From positions 96,001 through 160,000 of the forward strand of contig CAVYHV010000010.1 in assembly GCA_963768425.1 (NCBI GenBank): 64,000 nucleotides of DNA, in the 5' to 3' direction. Below are positions 62,830 to 64,000 of this stretch, piece by piece (position 1 is the stretch's first letter; the number at the start of each line of letters is the position of its first letter). A program made the translations under genes and the position numbers. The notes under the pieces were generated by a model. The model was not told where the DNA came from, did not search any database, and was given only the letters and a program-made list of their open reading frames with translations. This DNA is from Candidatus Bathyarchaeota archaeon. Its GTDB lineage: Archaea; Thermoproteota; Bathyarchaeia; Bathyarchaeales; Bathycorpusculaceae.

Positions 62830-63315
62830 TTAGCTTGAGGTTAATTTCCCGTCGGGTTTCTTTCGTTCAGTTATGTCTCGAATTAGGGCTATGGAGTATA
62901 AACGGTTGTTTTCTTCGAAAACTGATGCGTGCATTTCAACAGTTCTCTTTTCGCCCGAACCATCTTTAAGAGGCAATTTGATTTTCATCCCAGTAATTTT
63001 GCCTTTATTTTCAGCTGCAAATTTCCTGATTCCGTCAAGCACATATTGCTTGGATGCCTTTGGAAATTGCTGGTTGAATCGTTCAAAGAAAACCTGTCCA
63101 ACCACTTCTCTTGAGCACCTGAACATTTCCAGTGCAGCTTCGTTGAGGTTTGTTATTTTTCCCTCATAATCTATTACGATGATGGCGTCGCTTGATGCTT
63201 CAAAGATTGCGCGGAACCGCGCCTCGCTTTGTTCGACAAGTTTTTGCGCCCTTACTTTGTCCGCAGCTTGCAAAATATGTCGGCTTTCTCGCTGAGGAAG
63301 AATTAATAATTTCAA
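62830..63315 (-). CDS. PAS-domain protein (possibly a fragment)
   Basis: RFRAIFEASSDAIIVID..GKI...N...RDITERK. Confidence 0.65.
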   Translation of the reverse strand: MKLLILPQRESRHILQAADKVRAQKLVEQSEARFRAIFEASSDAIIVIDYEGKITNLNEAALEMFRCSREVVGQVFFERFNQQFPKASKQYVLDGIRKFAAENKGKITGMKIKLPLKDGSGEKRTVEMHASVFEENNRLYSIALIRDITERKKPDGKLTSS

Positions 63316-63341
63316 ATACTATTTGGAATATGGTGATTTTT

Positions 63342-64000
63342 ATGGAAAACTATAGGCAACAGGCGTTGGAATTATTAAAAAGCGGCGAGACAGGGGATAA
63401 CGGACCGCTTTCTTACATAAATCCAGATAATTATACGCAGCACAATCTTACGTTGAAAGATGGTATTCAAGGATTAATCGAGCGTAGAGCAATCAATCAG
63501 AAAATCTCGTTTAAAGTCAATCCGATAAGAGCGTTTCAAGATGGGAATTTCGTTTTTACACATTCGGAGTTTAGCATCCCAAACGTTTCTTTGATTGGCT
63601 TTGACATATTCCGTTTTGAAGATGGAAAGATTGTTGAGCACTGGGACAATTTTCAGCAGAAGGCTGCAACACCAAGCCCTAGCGGACACACTATGACAGA
63701 TGGGCCTACAACTGCTTCTGACCTTGACAAAACTGAAGCGAACAAATTACTCTTGCAAAATTACATGGATGACCTGCTCAAGGGCCGCGGAGAAAAGTTC
63801 GCAGGTTATTTTGATGGAGATAACTACATACAACATAGTCCTTTAGTTGCTGATAATCTTACGGGGCTATTTGCTGGATTGAAGGCTTTGGCTACGCAGG
63901 GTTTAGCTGTGAAGTACGCCGAGGTCCATAAAATTTTAGGAGAAGGAAACTTCGTACTCGTTGTTTCAGAGGGCAACTTCGGCGACAAGCTATCATCGTA
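63342..64000 (+). CDS. Tandem SnoaL/NTF2-like protein (runs off the window)
   Basis: GGTGA RBS, YTQHN, FDIFRFEDGKIVEHWD and a second YIQHSP...ILGEGNFVL. No stop before the window end. Confidence 0.85.
   Translation, partial: MENYRQQALELLKSGETGDNGPLSYINPDNYTQHNLTLKDGIQGLIERRAINQKISFKVNPIRAFQDGNFVFTHSEFSIPNVSLIGFDIFRFEDGKIVEHWDNFQQKAATPSPSGHTMTDGPTTASDLDKTEANKLLLQNYMDDLLKGRGEKFAGYFDGDNYIQHSPLVADNLTGLFAGLKALATQGLAVKYAEVHKILGEGNFVLVVSEGNFGDKLSS

Overview
Archaeal chromosomal DNA, most consistent with Candidatus Bathyarchaeia (TACK). This is an inference from a CdvB/ESCRT-III gene, L35Ae, tRNA-splicing endonuclease, single-OB SSB, a Cren7-like protein, expanded PQQ-like beta-propeller surface proteins and GGTGA/GAGG Shine-Dalgarno motifs. 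Positions 1-29.1 kb are accessory: large surface beta-propeller genes with divergent regulators, a B12 radical SAM cluster, and an arsenic island (arsM, HgcC-like AbrB protein, acr3, aquaporin, tandem arsC). Positions 30.5-41 kb are housekeeping (cdvB, NDP-sugar synthase, endA, DUF47, glyS, malic enzyme, rimI, ssb, mscL). Positions 41-64 kb mix small Zn-finger proteins, a displaced translation-factor cluster (aIF1A, L35Ae, aIF2-alpha), a ~6 kb CheB/CheR-PAS-GAF histidine kinase and redox genes. The most unusual element is a non-coding four-unit array at ~29.45-30.18 kb, at the accessory/core boundary. Each ~185 bp unit has a tandem run of 10-bp repeats whose sequence differs between units, followed by a conserved bipartite motif TGCARAYGATYCAAGC-N15-CAACCCAnnnCACAA. 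Many genes, including essential glyS, carry single-base frameshifts, which points to uncorrected sequencing indels rather than real pseudogenes. I saw no complete tRNA, rRNA, CRISPR array, integrase or transposase. All family assignments are by motif recognition; no database search was run.
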